Assembly: GCA_964522375.1 (NCBI GenBank) | Contig: CAZFVB010000004.1 | Coordinates: forward strand, 24,528 to 79,335 | Direction: 5' to 3' | From: an uncultured Chloroflexota bacterium | Lineage (GTDB): Bacteria; Chloroflexota; UBA11872 | DNA length: 54,808 bases | Shown: one piece after another, positions 39,749 to 49,039 of the stretch | How positions within the stretch are numbered: position 1 is the first letter of the stretch | How the letters are laid out: each line of letters begins with the position of its first letter | The notes under the pieces: model-generated | Told to the model about the DNA's origin: nothing | Seen by the model: only the letters and a program-made list of their open reading frames with translations | Database searches by the model: none | Translations under genes and position numbers: made by a program

Positions 39749-41049
39749 TAGTCAATTGCGCTTAGATTGTTATAGCCGTAGTGATCGTCATACCTGCGTG
39801 GGACCGGCATTCGAGCGGTCGCGGGCATCATTTGTTTTCGCATGGGACCATCCAGCCCACTCCCACCCGGCATTTCCTGCAATCCAATCACGCGCTTCAT
39901 CTCCGGAGCTTCCGGGAATTCCTGAACAGCCGCCTGGTAAAACCCGGTGCTCACAATCGCGTCCGCTTCAGGAATGGGCTCGAGCATGGTCGGCGCTCCG
40001 TCATAGGAATTATCTTCACTGGTGAGGAAGACGGTCTTAATGCCCATATCTTCACAGGCCTCGATCGTACGAATGATTTCGATAAATTCATTTCCACCAG
40101 CATCCCATGTCATTAAAGCCCCGTCGGCTCCCAGCATCTTCGCCAACTTGGCTGCCTGCTTGCCAACCAACTCCTTTTCAGCCCACGTTGTCCACTCCGT
40201 ACGAACAACGACCACCCCCAGAAAATCAATATCCTGTCCATGCCGACGGCACAGGTCGAAAAGCACAGGATTGTTTGACATGGTCCATGAGGTCGCAAAT
40301 CCCGTTCGATATGGACCGGTGACCGCCCCATCCAAGATCTCGTTGGGATGCATGAGCCATGGTGGGTCCAGGTACCCACGCCCATAGGTCGCGTTGCCAA
40401 ATGTCGCCGCCGACCCCGACATAGCCTGGGGTGAATGCAACCCCATGAGATATGCGACTTTTGGCAGGTTACTGCTGACCTGGGAAAGCTCAAACACCTC
40501 TGTGTCCGGAGGATCGAGATCTATGACGGCCTCTGCCAGCAGGTCGCTCACGGTGAGGGTCGCTCCATGAATAACTTGATTTTTCTCGTGGATAGGAAGC
40601 GAAGATTTGGGCTCAACTACCAGCCCAAGATTCACCAGGGATCCGTATGGCATCACATCAGCCCACGGCCCCACCATATCGAGAAACATAAACACGTGGT
40701 CATGGCCGGAGTCATGCCATCCAACACTTGATATCTCGACCAGAGCCATATTTGTGAGCCGATGCGTGCGACCACGACCAACCATTTGAGCCGGGCGCCC
40801 ACACATTCCTGGATATACCTGGCCCGGCCCGTCAACTTTCACCATAGGCTCAACTACATCCCGAACAGGCCACAGACGCACGGCTTCCCCAGGCATGGCG
40901 ACTTCCAGATCGACACTCTCAATCAACCCGTCTGACATAAGCGTACGAAGCAGTCCTTCCCGATCTACCGTCAGCACTCCGTCGCGCCAGGCGGTGGCCG
41001 ACCCAAAAACCACCTCCCTAACTGGAAAACGACCGACGTCAAGACGCAT
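39745..41049 (-). CDS. Glycine/sarcosine/betaine reductase component B proprotein (GrdE/GrdG/GrdI family)
   Basis: MRLDVG..., PVRDVVEPMVKVDGPG, PNEILDGA...NNPV, GQDIDFLGVVV, KMLGADG and GIKTV motifs. The start overlaps the grdB stop by 11 nt. Confidence 0.9.
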   Translation of the reverse strand: MRLDVGRFPVREVVFGSATAWRDGVLTVDREGLLRTLMSDGLIESVDLEVAMPGEAVRLWPVRDVVEPMVKVDGPGQVYPGMCGRPAQMVGRGRTHRLTNMALVEISSVGWHDSGHDHVFMFLDMVGPWADVMPYGSLVNLGLVVEPKSSLPIHEKNQVIHGATLTVSDLLAEAVIDLDPPDTEVFELSQVSSNLPKVAYLMGLHSPQAMSGSAATFGNATYGRGYLDPPWLMHPNEILDGAVTGPYRTGFATSWTMSNNPVLFDLCRRHGQDIDFLGVVVVRTEWTTWAEKELVGKQAAKLAKMLGADGALMTWDAGGNEFIEIIRTIEACEDMGIKTVFLTSEDNSYDGAPTMLEPIPEADAIVSTGFYQAAVQEFPEAPEMKRVIGLQEMPGGSGLDGPMRKQMMPATARMPVPRRYDDHYGYNNLSAIDY

Positions 41050-42382
41050 GACTTGCATCCGTATTAGTCGGCAGCGCCTCGGTATCAGGATCAAACAGCG
41101 TCGGTTCAGTCACGGACGTTTCCAGTGCGCGCAGTGCGGCGCTTGTGATCTTCACCCCATAGGAAAAATCATCATCGGCACTTAGTTCAGGATTTCCACA
41201 GACATGCTCGATCCGACACCCCCGTACCACGCGACTCTGACCCGTAACCATCGGCAAACCGTGGATTGCTGAAATCATTGCCACAGGGATACCAGCTCGC
41301 TCGATCTCCTTCGCTATCGTTGCACCGCAACGATTACAGGTTCCTCAGGTTGCGACGAGCAGCACGCCATCGACCTTACCTTCCTGCAGTTCCCGGGCAA
41401 TACCTTGGCCGAGCACCTTGGCTTGAGCCACAGGGGTCCCGGTTCCGGCCGTGGTGAAGATTGAATCGTAAATCCTCCCAATCTTGCCTTCGCTCTCCAA
41501 CAGCCGGGCTTGCGCGAGTGGCAGGACATAGTTTGGGTTCTCATTAACAAGGCCGTTGAAGTAGCCGCCGTGAAAGGCCTCCCACCGCACGCGCTCAAGG
41601 GAATCGATGCCATCGACCGAGTGCCGGTAGTAGTGTTGGGAGTGACCGTTGGTGGCGCCATGTGGATTTCCCTTCGGGATCAATCCGCCGCTGCTGACCA
41701 GGCCAATCGTGGCGCTCGCAACGCTCGCCACCGGTGGAGCCGGCGTGACCTCTTCAGGTGTTCGGTAGGGGATCTCGGTCTCGAACGGATCACCTCGCAA
41801 TTTGGCCATGAGCATGTTGGTGGCTCTCTCGCTCCCCGGACGTTGACGCACCCAGGGCCGACGTTCTCGAGTTGGGATATACCCGTCCATTTCAGCCGGT
41901 CCCCGGCCCTCGCCAGTGCCAAGTTTGTACGCCAGTTTCCACATCGCACTAAGCGCCCGCGCCATGTCGGCTGCCGTTTCTTCAGTTCGGATAGCAAGAA
42001 CACCGCTGCGGTATATGCTCAAACCCGGATTCTCGGGATGCATGCCAGTGACAGTCGGAATTTCAAGCTTGGCAGCCACGTGGCTCACGTGGCTACAGGC
42101 CAGGCCATAGCGGCCGGACCCAAAGGCAGGACCCGCAACCACAACGTCAGGGCGTAGATCCTTCAGCATCTGAAGAAGCGACTCACTTACTTCCTCAGTT
42201 TGTTCGTTAAAGGTGTTGTCACCACAGATGATGGTCGCCTTTAGTGAAGCCGTGTCACCCATTAGATTCACAAGAGCACGGGCGGCACCTTCAGGATGTG
42301 CGCTCAGACTGAGTTCGTGGTTCGCAGCTTCCTCTCCGCCGATGCCGGCAAAGAATTGATTGAGATAATGCACGACCTGCAT
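41039..42382 (-). CDS. grdB: Glycine/sarcosine/betaine reductase selenoprotein B (GrdB/GrdF/GrdH family; 447 aa, Sec346)
   Basis: MQVVHYLNQFFAGIGGEE, AGPAFGSGRYG and HGGY motifs. VDGVLLVAT-U(TGA 41345-41347)-GTCNRCGATIAKEIERAGIPV continues in frame into track ORF 41039-41284, giving the UxxCxxC motif. Confidence 0.95.
41316..41334 (-). promoter_or_regulatory. SECIS-like hairpin of grdB
   Basis: Perfect 8-bp stem AUCGUUGC-[GGU]-GCAACGAU. The loop starts 19 nt after the UGA and begins with G. Confidence 0.85.
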
Positions 42383-42524
42383 CGATGATCTTTGCCCTTC
42401 TTTTCATCCGTAGGATTGTCAGACACCGAAACGATCTTAGGTTTTGAGCAGTTGTTGAGCAAGGTCACCCCGGCACACTGTCCACCACATGAGATAACCG
42501 TCGATCGACTCAACGTGTTCCAGT

Positions 42525-43763
42525 TCAACAGGTCCTAACGAGTTCACGATCTCGCTTTGTCAGGACTTCACAACCAGTATCGGTAACTGCAACCGTTTCA
42601 CTCACACCAACCCCCGCGCGGCCGATATCACGTGCCACGGCCCGGACATGAAACACGTGTCCCGGTTGAAGCACGGGATAGGTTTCGATCGACTTCGTAC
42701 TACGCCATCCGCGAGTTGCCATCTGTAAACCAGGCACATCAGCCCAATCAGGCTCAAATCCAAGTCCCACCGAGTACCCACGGTTGCCGTCAGAAAAGAC
42801 TTGTGTCGGTAGCTCCAGTAATGACTCAGATGCTTCCTCCGCAATCGATACCGTAGAGGCCCCCGGTCTCATCCGCGCAATTGTGCGCTCGACAGCGGTA
42901 AGGCAAGCGACATACATGTCGCCCCACAAACTGTCTGCAAAATCCCCAACAATTCCGGTTCGGATCATAGGGGCCGTGTATCGATTGACGCACGCACCCC
43001 ACTCCATGAGAACCGCATCGCCACGAGCTATACGGCGTCGACGAAAGGTGGTGTGCGGAATACCCGAATGATCTCCGATCGTGACAATCGGTTGAATGGA
43101 CATCCGCTCACTGCCGCCTCCGATGATAGCTCCGTACGCTGCGGCCGCGACCTCAGCGTCCATCGCGCCATCCACAACCGCATCGACCGCCACCTCAAAC
43201 CCCAAGCTGGTAAGTCGAGCAGCTTCTCGCAGTGATTCAATTTCCTCTCGACTTTTTACAGCCCGCACCTGTTCAACAAGGCCATGGCAATAGATAGGGT
43301 CAACCGCGATCGCCTCCTGCACGGCAACGAAGGCCTGATACCCGCCGCCGTGTTGATGATGCTCCCATCCAAGCCGTTTCTGTCCCCAGCCACGCTTACG
43401 CAACAATTCACTTAGAGCCATGATCGGATCCCCCGCCCAGGGGAAAGTAACCACGTCTTGAAGCCAGCATGACACCAGGGCGTTGTACGCCTCAAACTCA
43501 TCGACAAGAAGGAGTGGGTCTCCGTCTGTAGGAACCAGGAGGAACGCCGGCGCCGCTGACGCAAGGGTTTCATAGCCACTGAGATAAGAAATGTTTGGCA
43601 TGAACGTGCATACAAGCGCCTCGAGACCTTGCCGGGCGATATTCTGTTGCGCCCCCTGTAAACGTCTCGCGTACTCCTGCTCAGAGAAAGCAAGGTCTTT
43701 TACGCCTTCGGCGCCGGCTGGCTGTTGGAACTCGCTAAATCTCTCTGCATGTCCTGATGTCAT
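42525..43763 (-). CDS. M24-fold hydrolase of the creatinase / ectoine-hydrolase (DoeA) branch
   Basis: FSEQEYARRL N-domain, NISYLSGY, GIPHTT, EWGACVNRYTAPMIRT, GYSVGLGFEPDW and GVSETVAVT motifs. The prolidase metal ligands are only partly kept. Start taken at ATG 43763. Confidence 0.8.
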   Translation of the reverse strand: MTSGHAERFSEFQQPAGAEGVKDLAFSEQEYARRLQGAQQNIARQGLEALVCTFMPNISYLSGYETLASAAPAFLLVPTDGDPLLLVDEFEAYNALVSCWLQDVVTFPWAGDPIMALSELLRKRGWGQKRLGWEHHQHGGGYQAFVAVQEAIAVDPIYCHGLVEQVRAVKSREEIESLREAARLTSLGFEVAVDAVVDGAMDAEVAAAAYGAIIGGGSERMSIQPIVTIGDHSGIPHTTFRRRRIARGDAVLMEWGACVNRYTAPMIRTGIVGDFADSLWGDMYVACLTAVERTIARMRPGASTVSIAEEASESLLELPTQVFSDGNRGYSVGLGFEPDWADVPGLQMATRGWRSTKSIETYPVLQPGHVFHVRAVARDIGRAGVGVSETVAVTDTGCEVLTKRDRELVRTC

Positions 43764-43904
43764 GTGAAAAGCCCCGCAAACATCGCGGCTTGTCCGAAGG
43801 GAATCAAACACAAGGATTCTATGTTTGGGATCACAGCTTTAGAGCACTAGGTCAAAGGGGGATTCCAACGTCGCATTGAAAATAGCCTCATAGCTAGCTA
43901 TCAC

Positions 43905-44882
43905 TCATGCGGCGGAGACCTTGCTTACTCCCAACTCTTCCATCACGCGAAACAGGTCCTCTTTAGCCCCATCTGAAACCGCTTGGAACGGAGGGCGCAT
44001 CGGGCCTCCGTATAGACCCACATACTCAAGAGATGCCTTGACCAGGGCAGCATGATGGTAATAACCATGCGAGCCGCCATCACCTGTATACGTGCCACCG
44101 AACCACTCCATGTAAGGAACCAATGTCGAGTGCAGCCGATCTGCGGCCCCATAGTCACCCGTCTCAAGCAAGTGGAAATATTCGAGTTCAAACTCGGGCC
44201 ACCAGGTGAGTGGGGCAGAAATAAACCCTGTCGCTCCATGCATGTGGGCAACCGTCGATGTGAACCCTAGAGAGTTATCGATAAACACAAAGCGGTCGGC
44301 GTAGCGGTCCAACGCCACTACCATTTCGTCGAAGATTCCCGCACTCCCGTACTTGAGCGACACGATACCTGGGAGTTCAGCGAGTCGCTCAATCAGGGGG
44401 ATCGTCAATTTGGTGCCGAGGGTTCCTCGCCACGACTGATCGTAAATCATGATGCCCGCATTAAGGGATTCGGAAATAATGCGGTACCAGTCGTACATCC
44501 CCTGTTCATCAATTTGGTAATAACACGGTGGGGGGATCATTACGTAACGAGCACCGGTATCAATAGAACGCTGACCTAGCTCGATGACACGGTCAATGTT
44601 CAACCCGGCAACACCGGCCACGACCGGGAAGGCATCACCGCCCGTCTCTAAGGCGATCCCCAACATCTCCTGCTGCTCTTCGTCAGACAGGCTTAGGTAT
44701 TCACCCGTGCCACAGGGGGCAATGGCGAACCCATTGCCAGTGCGAACACCCGCGTCGACCAGGAACTTCAGATTCGATCGCAACGCGGTCACATTCAAGC
44801 GCAGGTCGTCGTGAAACGGCGCCATGACGAGAGCCACAGGGCCTCGAAGTTCATCCTTAATGGCCTTCATGTCCAATGCCAT
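43905..44882 (-). CDS. Dihydrodipicolinate-synthase (DapA/NAL) family lyase/aldolase
   Basis: CGTGE, IMIYD and IVSLKYG (Schiff-base Lys) motifs. Start at ATG 44882 or 44885 after GGGGG. The track start (45044) overlaps the tRNA. Confidence 0.9.
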   Translation of the reverse strand: MALDMKAIKDELRGPVALVMAPFHDDLRLNVTALRSNLKFLVDAGVRTGNGFAIAPCGTGEYLSLSDEEQQEMLGIALETGGDAFPVVAGVAGLNIDRVIELGQRSIDTGARYVMIPPPCYYQIDEQGMYDWYRIISESLNAGIMIYDQSWRGTLGTKLTIPLIERLAELPGIVSLKYGSAGIFDEMVVALDRYADRFVFIDNSLGFTSTVAHMHGATGFISAPLTWWPEFELEYFHLLETGDYGAADRLHSTLVPYMEWFGGTYTGDGGSHGYYHHAALVKASLEYVGLYGGPMRPPFQAVSDGAKEDLFRVMEELGVSKVSAA

Positions 44883-45038
44883 CATCCCCCCGTTCAATGA
44901 CCACACATTTCCGGCAAGCGCTTTGTGTTCTCTGGCCACCGGAGCCGGAGTATACAGTTCTCCGTGAATTTCTCTGCAAGCTGACCCGGAAAAGACCCGT
45001 GTGCAGTAAGGACCAATTGCTGTCAGCTCGTCAACACT

Positions 45039-45114
45039 TGGCACCCCCGGCAGGATTCGAACCTGCGACCCACGGCTTAGAAGGCCGTCGCTCTGTCCAC
45101 TGAGCTACGGGGGC
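45039..45114 (-). tRNA. tRNA-Arg (anticodon TCT), CCA encoded
   Basis: GCCCCCG-TAGCTCAGTGGACAGAGC-GACGGC-CTTCTAA-GCCGT-GGGTC-GCAGG-TTCGAAT-CCTGC-CGGGGGT-GCCA. 76-nt cloverleaf. Confidence 0.97.
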
Positions 45115-45226
45115 ATTTCTTGTACGGGATGAGTCTGGCACAGGTGACAAAGAGACCAGCGATTCTCCAAGTACAGAAATCAAAGAAAGAAGTTCTGCCA
45201 TAGAGAACGCAAAGCTTTGTTGAGAG

Positions 45227-46174
45227 CTAGCGGTACCCGTCTTCGAGACCAGATACGTCCTGACCAGGGTCCATCAATTCAACAAGGTTTGTTGAAGCAA
45301 GTTCGGCGCGCCGGCTTGCAAGGCCGTCCTCATATGTGGGCATGTCTACTTGGTAAAGAACACCTGTGGGAATACGATCCCCCCACTCAAAAGATTTCGC
45401 GATAGCAGCCTGCTGTTTCGCCACGATCTCATCCGCATTGCCTGCGTCCGCAACCCGCCCATCAAATCCTTCCTCAGACAACTTGTAGACGCGCTGGCTC
45501 CCGATGTCAGAGCCTCTAAAAAAGTCGACCGTCATCAAATCGTTATAGATAGGACACGGCTGAAGAATGTCCAGGAGGGCGGTGCCGCGATGTTGGATGG
45601 CCTGTAGGATCAAGTCCACTAGTTCAGCTTGAGCCATGGCATAACCTCGCGCTACAAAGGTGTAGCCACTGGCAATCGCTAGGCCAATAGGATTCACGTT
45701 GGACTGGATCGACGGTTCAGCCATGGACTTTGTCTGGACACCCCGTCGCATCGTTGGAGCGGCCTGACCTTTTGTTAGGCCATAGACACCATTGTTGTGG
45801 ACCAAGTACGCGAAATTGACATTCCGACGACCCGAGTTCACAAAGTATCCGGCACCAATGCCGTATCCATCACCGTCACCACCCGCCACCAAGACTTCGA
45901 GGTCCCGGTTTGCAAGCTTGACACCCGTAGCCACGTTTAAGGCTCGACCATGCAGTGTGTGCAAACCATACGTGCCAATGTAATGCGGAAGCTTTCCAGA
46001 GCAGCCAATGCCAGAAATAACTGCAATCTCATGCGGGGGACGACCAAGCTTGGCAAGCGCCTGCTTCACCGCACTAAGGATTCCAAAGTCCCCGCACCCA
46101 CCACACCAATCGGGATGGGAATCATCAACACCGAACGACTTCGCCGTCAACTCTGAAGATGCAACTACAGCCAT
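45227..46174 (-). CDS. korB: 2-oxoacid:ferredoxin oxidoreductase beta subunit
   Basis: WCGGCGD, SGIGCSG, HTLHGR and TPP motif GDGDG...NNGVYGLTKGQ. The 2-oxoglutarate specificity is inferred from the adjacent sucCD. Confidence 0.92.
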   Translation of the reverse strand: MAVVASSELTAKSFGVDDSHPDWCGGCGDFGILSAVKQALAKLGRPPHEIAVISGIGCSGKLPHYIGTYGLHTLHGRALNVATGVKLANRDLEVLVAGGDGDGYGIGAGYFVNSGRRNVNFAYLVHNNGVYGLTKGQAAPTMRRGVQTKSMAEPSIQSNVNPIGLAIASGYTFVARGYAMAQAELVDLILQAIQHRGTALLDILQPCPIYNDLMTVDFFRGSDIGSQRVYKLSEEGFDGRVADAGNADEIVAKQQAAIAKSFEWGDRIPTGVLYQVDMPTYEDGLASRRAELASTNLVELMDPGQDVSGLEDGYR

Positions 46175-46194
46175 TTGTTAATCATTTCTGCCAT

Positions 46195-48054
46195 TTATGG
46201 GTGGGACAGCACGAGCCGACCAGCGTCGGAGGTGTGATGGGTGGTTAAGGCTTCAACAACCTCGTCCTCAGAAAACGGTCGACCGTCATATTTCAGGGCT
46301 TGGCGATGCAACTGAATACCGGTCTGTTCAGCAATTAGCATTCCCAACTGGCTCATGTAATTGTCCTCGAGCACGACTGCTCGAGTTGCCGAGGCCAAGA
46401 ACTCGCTCACCGCCTTTGTCGGAAAGGGGCGGAGCATCTTGATCTGAAGGAAGTTAGCAGAAATCTTATGCTCGGACTTTAATACGTGCAACGCATCAAT
46501 AATGGGACCTCTTGTTGATCCCCAGCCTACAACGCTGATCTCGGCTTCCCTAGGGCCAATCAACTCGTACTGCCACTCGTCAGAAATTTCCTGCAGAGCC
46601 AAGTCCAGCTTGCCCATTCGTTTTTCCATCTGAGCCATTCGGTTTTCAACCTGTTCGTCAATACGCCCACGTTCAGTGTGTTCATCACTCGTAGTGACAA
46701 ACGCACCACCAGGTGTCCCAAACAACGCTCGGGGACTAATGCCAGATTCAGTAAGGGCGTGTCGTCGATAGGAGCCTTGCCCGTTAGAGCCGTTTGACCA
46801 TATTTCTCCACGATCGATTGGAAGCTCCTCTAGCCCCAGCCCATCCTCGGTTACCAAAGAATTGGCAATGAACTTGTCAGCAATCACAACCACAGGCATC
46901 TGATATCGATCCCCCCAATTGAAAGCCATATGCGTCATACGGGCAGCGTCACGCGCATCACCCGGTGCTACCACCATATGAGGGAATTCGCCATGGGCAG
47001 GTTGCAGTGCAAATCTAAGGTCTTGCTGTGCTTGGCGGGTAGGTAAGCCAGTACTTGGACCTCCACGTTGCCACAGCACAACAACAGGACCCGGAGCTTC
47101 CGTAATTGACGCAAAGCCAATGCCTTCTGCCATGAGACTGAATCCAGGCCCAGCAGTCGATGTAGATGCGCGCACGCCAGCGTGTGCCGCCCCCACGGCC
47201 ATATTCATTGAGGCGATTTCGTCTTCGGCCTGAAGGACCACGATGGGATAGTCGCCTTGATGCTGTTCCAGCATGACGCTTTCATCGGAAGCAGGAGCGA
47301 TTGGGTAATACGTTTGAAAGACACATCCAGCATGGAGCTTTGCAATGCCAACCGCATCAACACCCTTGATCAGCATGTGCTTCTTGCGGTCTGGCTGTTC
47401 CTCCAAGGAAACGTGGAAGCCCTTATCAGCATGGGCTTCGTGCGTAGCTTTCGCCGCACGCTCTAAAACAGCACGGTTGAATTCCACCATGGCCTGATGA
47501 CGGGTGGGCAATCGTTCAGCTACGACGGCCACGACATTGGCCACATCAAAGCCGAGCAGTGCGCAGCTCGCAGCGATGGGCACCATGTTCCGCATCACGT
47601 TATGCCGGCGGGCGTTGTACTCCTGTCCCATCCCCTCCACGGCCTCCTGAACAAGATCGTCATAGGCCAGTTCAAGCACGTGAATATCGTCACGTGTTAT
47701 GGCGTCCCTATCTACTTTGGCCGCCGTATCAACGACCACCACGCCACCAGGCGCCACCCGATGCAGATGGCCACCATGACGTTGGTAATCCTGGTGAGGA
47801 TCCGTCCCCAACAATGTTTCCGCATCGAGCGCAAGCAACAAATCAATCGACTCAACGTGGGAGTGAACAGGACGGTCGCTCGTCCGCACCCGATAATTAA
47901 TGTGACGACCCATGATGTTCGAGTGATATTCAATATTGGAGAACACATACAAGCCAGCCCGGACACAGGCCTTAGCAAAAACCTCGGAAGACGTATTAAC
48001 CCCACCGCTCAGCGCAGGGCCACCAATCATCCACGAGAGATTGTTTTTCACCAT
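46195..48054 (-). CDS. korA: 2-oxoacid:ferredoxin oxidoreductase alpha subunit (gamma-alpha fusion)
   Basis: EYHSNIMGRH, YPIAPAS, QAEDEIA, TSTAGPGFSLM and QRGGPSTGLPT motifs. Start taken at ATG 48054. Confidence 0.93.
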   Translation of the reverse strand: MVKNNLSWMIGGPALSGGVNTSSEVFAKACVRAGLYVFSNIEYHSNIMGRHINYRVRTSDRPVHSHVESIDLLLALDAETLLGTDPHQDYQRHGGHLHRVAPGGVVVVDTAAKVDRDAITRDDIHVLELAYDDLVQEAVEGMGQEYNARRHNVMRNMVPIAASCALLGFDVANVVAVVAERLPTRHQAMVEFNRAVLERAAKATHEAHADKGFHVSLEEQPDRKKHMLIKGVDAVGIAKLHAGCVFQTYYPIAPASDESVMLEQHQGDYPIVVLQAEDEIASMNMAVGAAHAGVRASTSTAGPGFSLMAEGIGFASITEAPGPVVVLWQRGGPSTGLPTRQAQQDLRFALQPAHGEFPHMVVAPGDARDAARMTHMAFNWGDRYQMPVVVIADKFIANSLVTEDGLGLEELPIDRGEIWSNGSNGQGSYRRHALTESGISPRALFGTPGGAFVTTSDEHTERGRIDEQVENRMAQMEKRMGKLDLALQEISDEWQYELIGPREAEISVVGWGSTRGPIIDALHVLKSEHKISANFLQIKMLRPFPTKAVSEFLASATRAVVLEDNYMSQLGMLIAEQTGIQLHRQALKYDGRPFSEDEVVEALTTHHTSDAGRLVLSHP

Positions 48055-48157
48055 CTCGCTATCCAACCAGGACAAAGCGAAGCTGCATCATGCGCACTGG
48101 TCCGTCGTGAAAACTATTGAAAGGTCTGCTCATTATGGGGCTTTGTCGACGGTTCGC

Positions 48158-49039
48158 CTAATTGATCCGCTCAGCCAGCAAACGCGCGGCTTCTTCCGGC
48201 GTGGACCCAACAGTTACGCCCGCATTTCTTAGCGCTTCTTCTTTCAGCTTCGCCGTTCCTGAGGTGCCGGACACAATGGCGCCCGCATGACCCATTCGAC
48301 GCTCTGGAGGTGCCGTCTTTCCTGCGATAAAGGCGCTCACTGGTTTTGACATGCGCTCACGAATATAGAGCGCCGCACGCTCCTCATCGTCTCCACCTAT
48401 TTCGCCCAAGAGGACAACCCCTGTCGTTGACTCATCGGCCTCAAACATTTTGAGCACATCAACAAATCGTGTGCCGATGATCGGGTCTCCACCGATACCG
48501 ACCGTTGTGGATTGGCCTAAACCGAGGTTTGTTAGGTGTTGGACAACCTCGTACGTGAGAGTCCCACTTCGACTTACGACACCCACAGGACCAGGTGAAT
48601 GGACGCCCCACGGCATCACACCGACCTTGACCATGTCACCGGGAGTTGTAACGCCAGGGCAATTTGGGCCAATCAGATGAGCTCCCGCCGCCCGCACCCG
48701 CGGCATGACCCGAAGCATGTCTAACACCGGTATCCCTTCGGTTAAACAAATAATCACATCAATCCCAGCCGCGACATCTTCAAGTATGGCGTCCGCGGCG
48801 AACGGCGCAGGAACAAAAATACAGGCCACGTTTGCATTGGTTGCTCCGACAGCATCATGAACAGTATTGAACACAGGCACGCCCTCAAGATTTTTCACGA
48901 TCTCGCCCGCACGCCCAGGGGTGACACCCGCCACAAGCGGTGTTCCCGCCTCACGCATGAGTTGACTGTGAAAAGACCCTTGTCCACCCGTCATGCCTTG
49001 TACAAGTAATCGAGTTGACCCATCAAGCAGGATACTCAC
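48158..49039 (-). CDS. sucD: Succinyl-CoA synthetase alpha subunit
   Basis: [26 protein letters not shown] and MGHAG (phospho-His) motifs. Confidence 0.97.
   Translation of the reverse strand: MSILLDGSTRLLVQGMTGGQGSFHSQLMREAGTPLVAGVTPGRAGEIVKNLEGVPVFNTVHDAVGATNANVACIFVPAPFAADAILEDVAAGIDVIICLTEGIPVLDMLRVMPRVRAAGAHLIGPNCPGVTTPGDMVKVGVMPWGVHSPGPVGVVSRSGTLTYEVVQHLTNLGLGQSTTVGIGGDPIIGTRFVDVLKMFEADESTTGVVLLGEIGGDDEERAALYIRERMSKPVSAFIAGKTAPPERRMGHAGAIVSGTSGTAKLKEEALRNAGVTVGSTPEEAARLLAERIN

Noticed and set aside
42304-42528. Track ORF with CGGQC as a possible thioredoxin or GrdX for the grd operon
   Set aside because: The spacing is CxxxC, there is no thioredoxin fold context or SD, and it overlaps grdB out of frame.
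44883-45044. N-terminal extension of the DapA-family ORF to 45044
   Set aside because: It overlaps the tRNA-Arg 3' end, and homology begins at MALDMKAIK, which has its own GGGGG SD.
45039-45060. attL/attR duplication of the tRNA-Arg 3' end marking an integrated element
   Set aside because: No second copy of TGGCACCCCCGGCAGG was found by eye. The partial match near 42466-42473 is too short, and there is no integrase.
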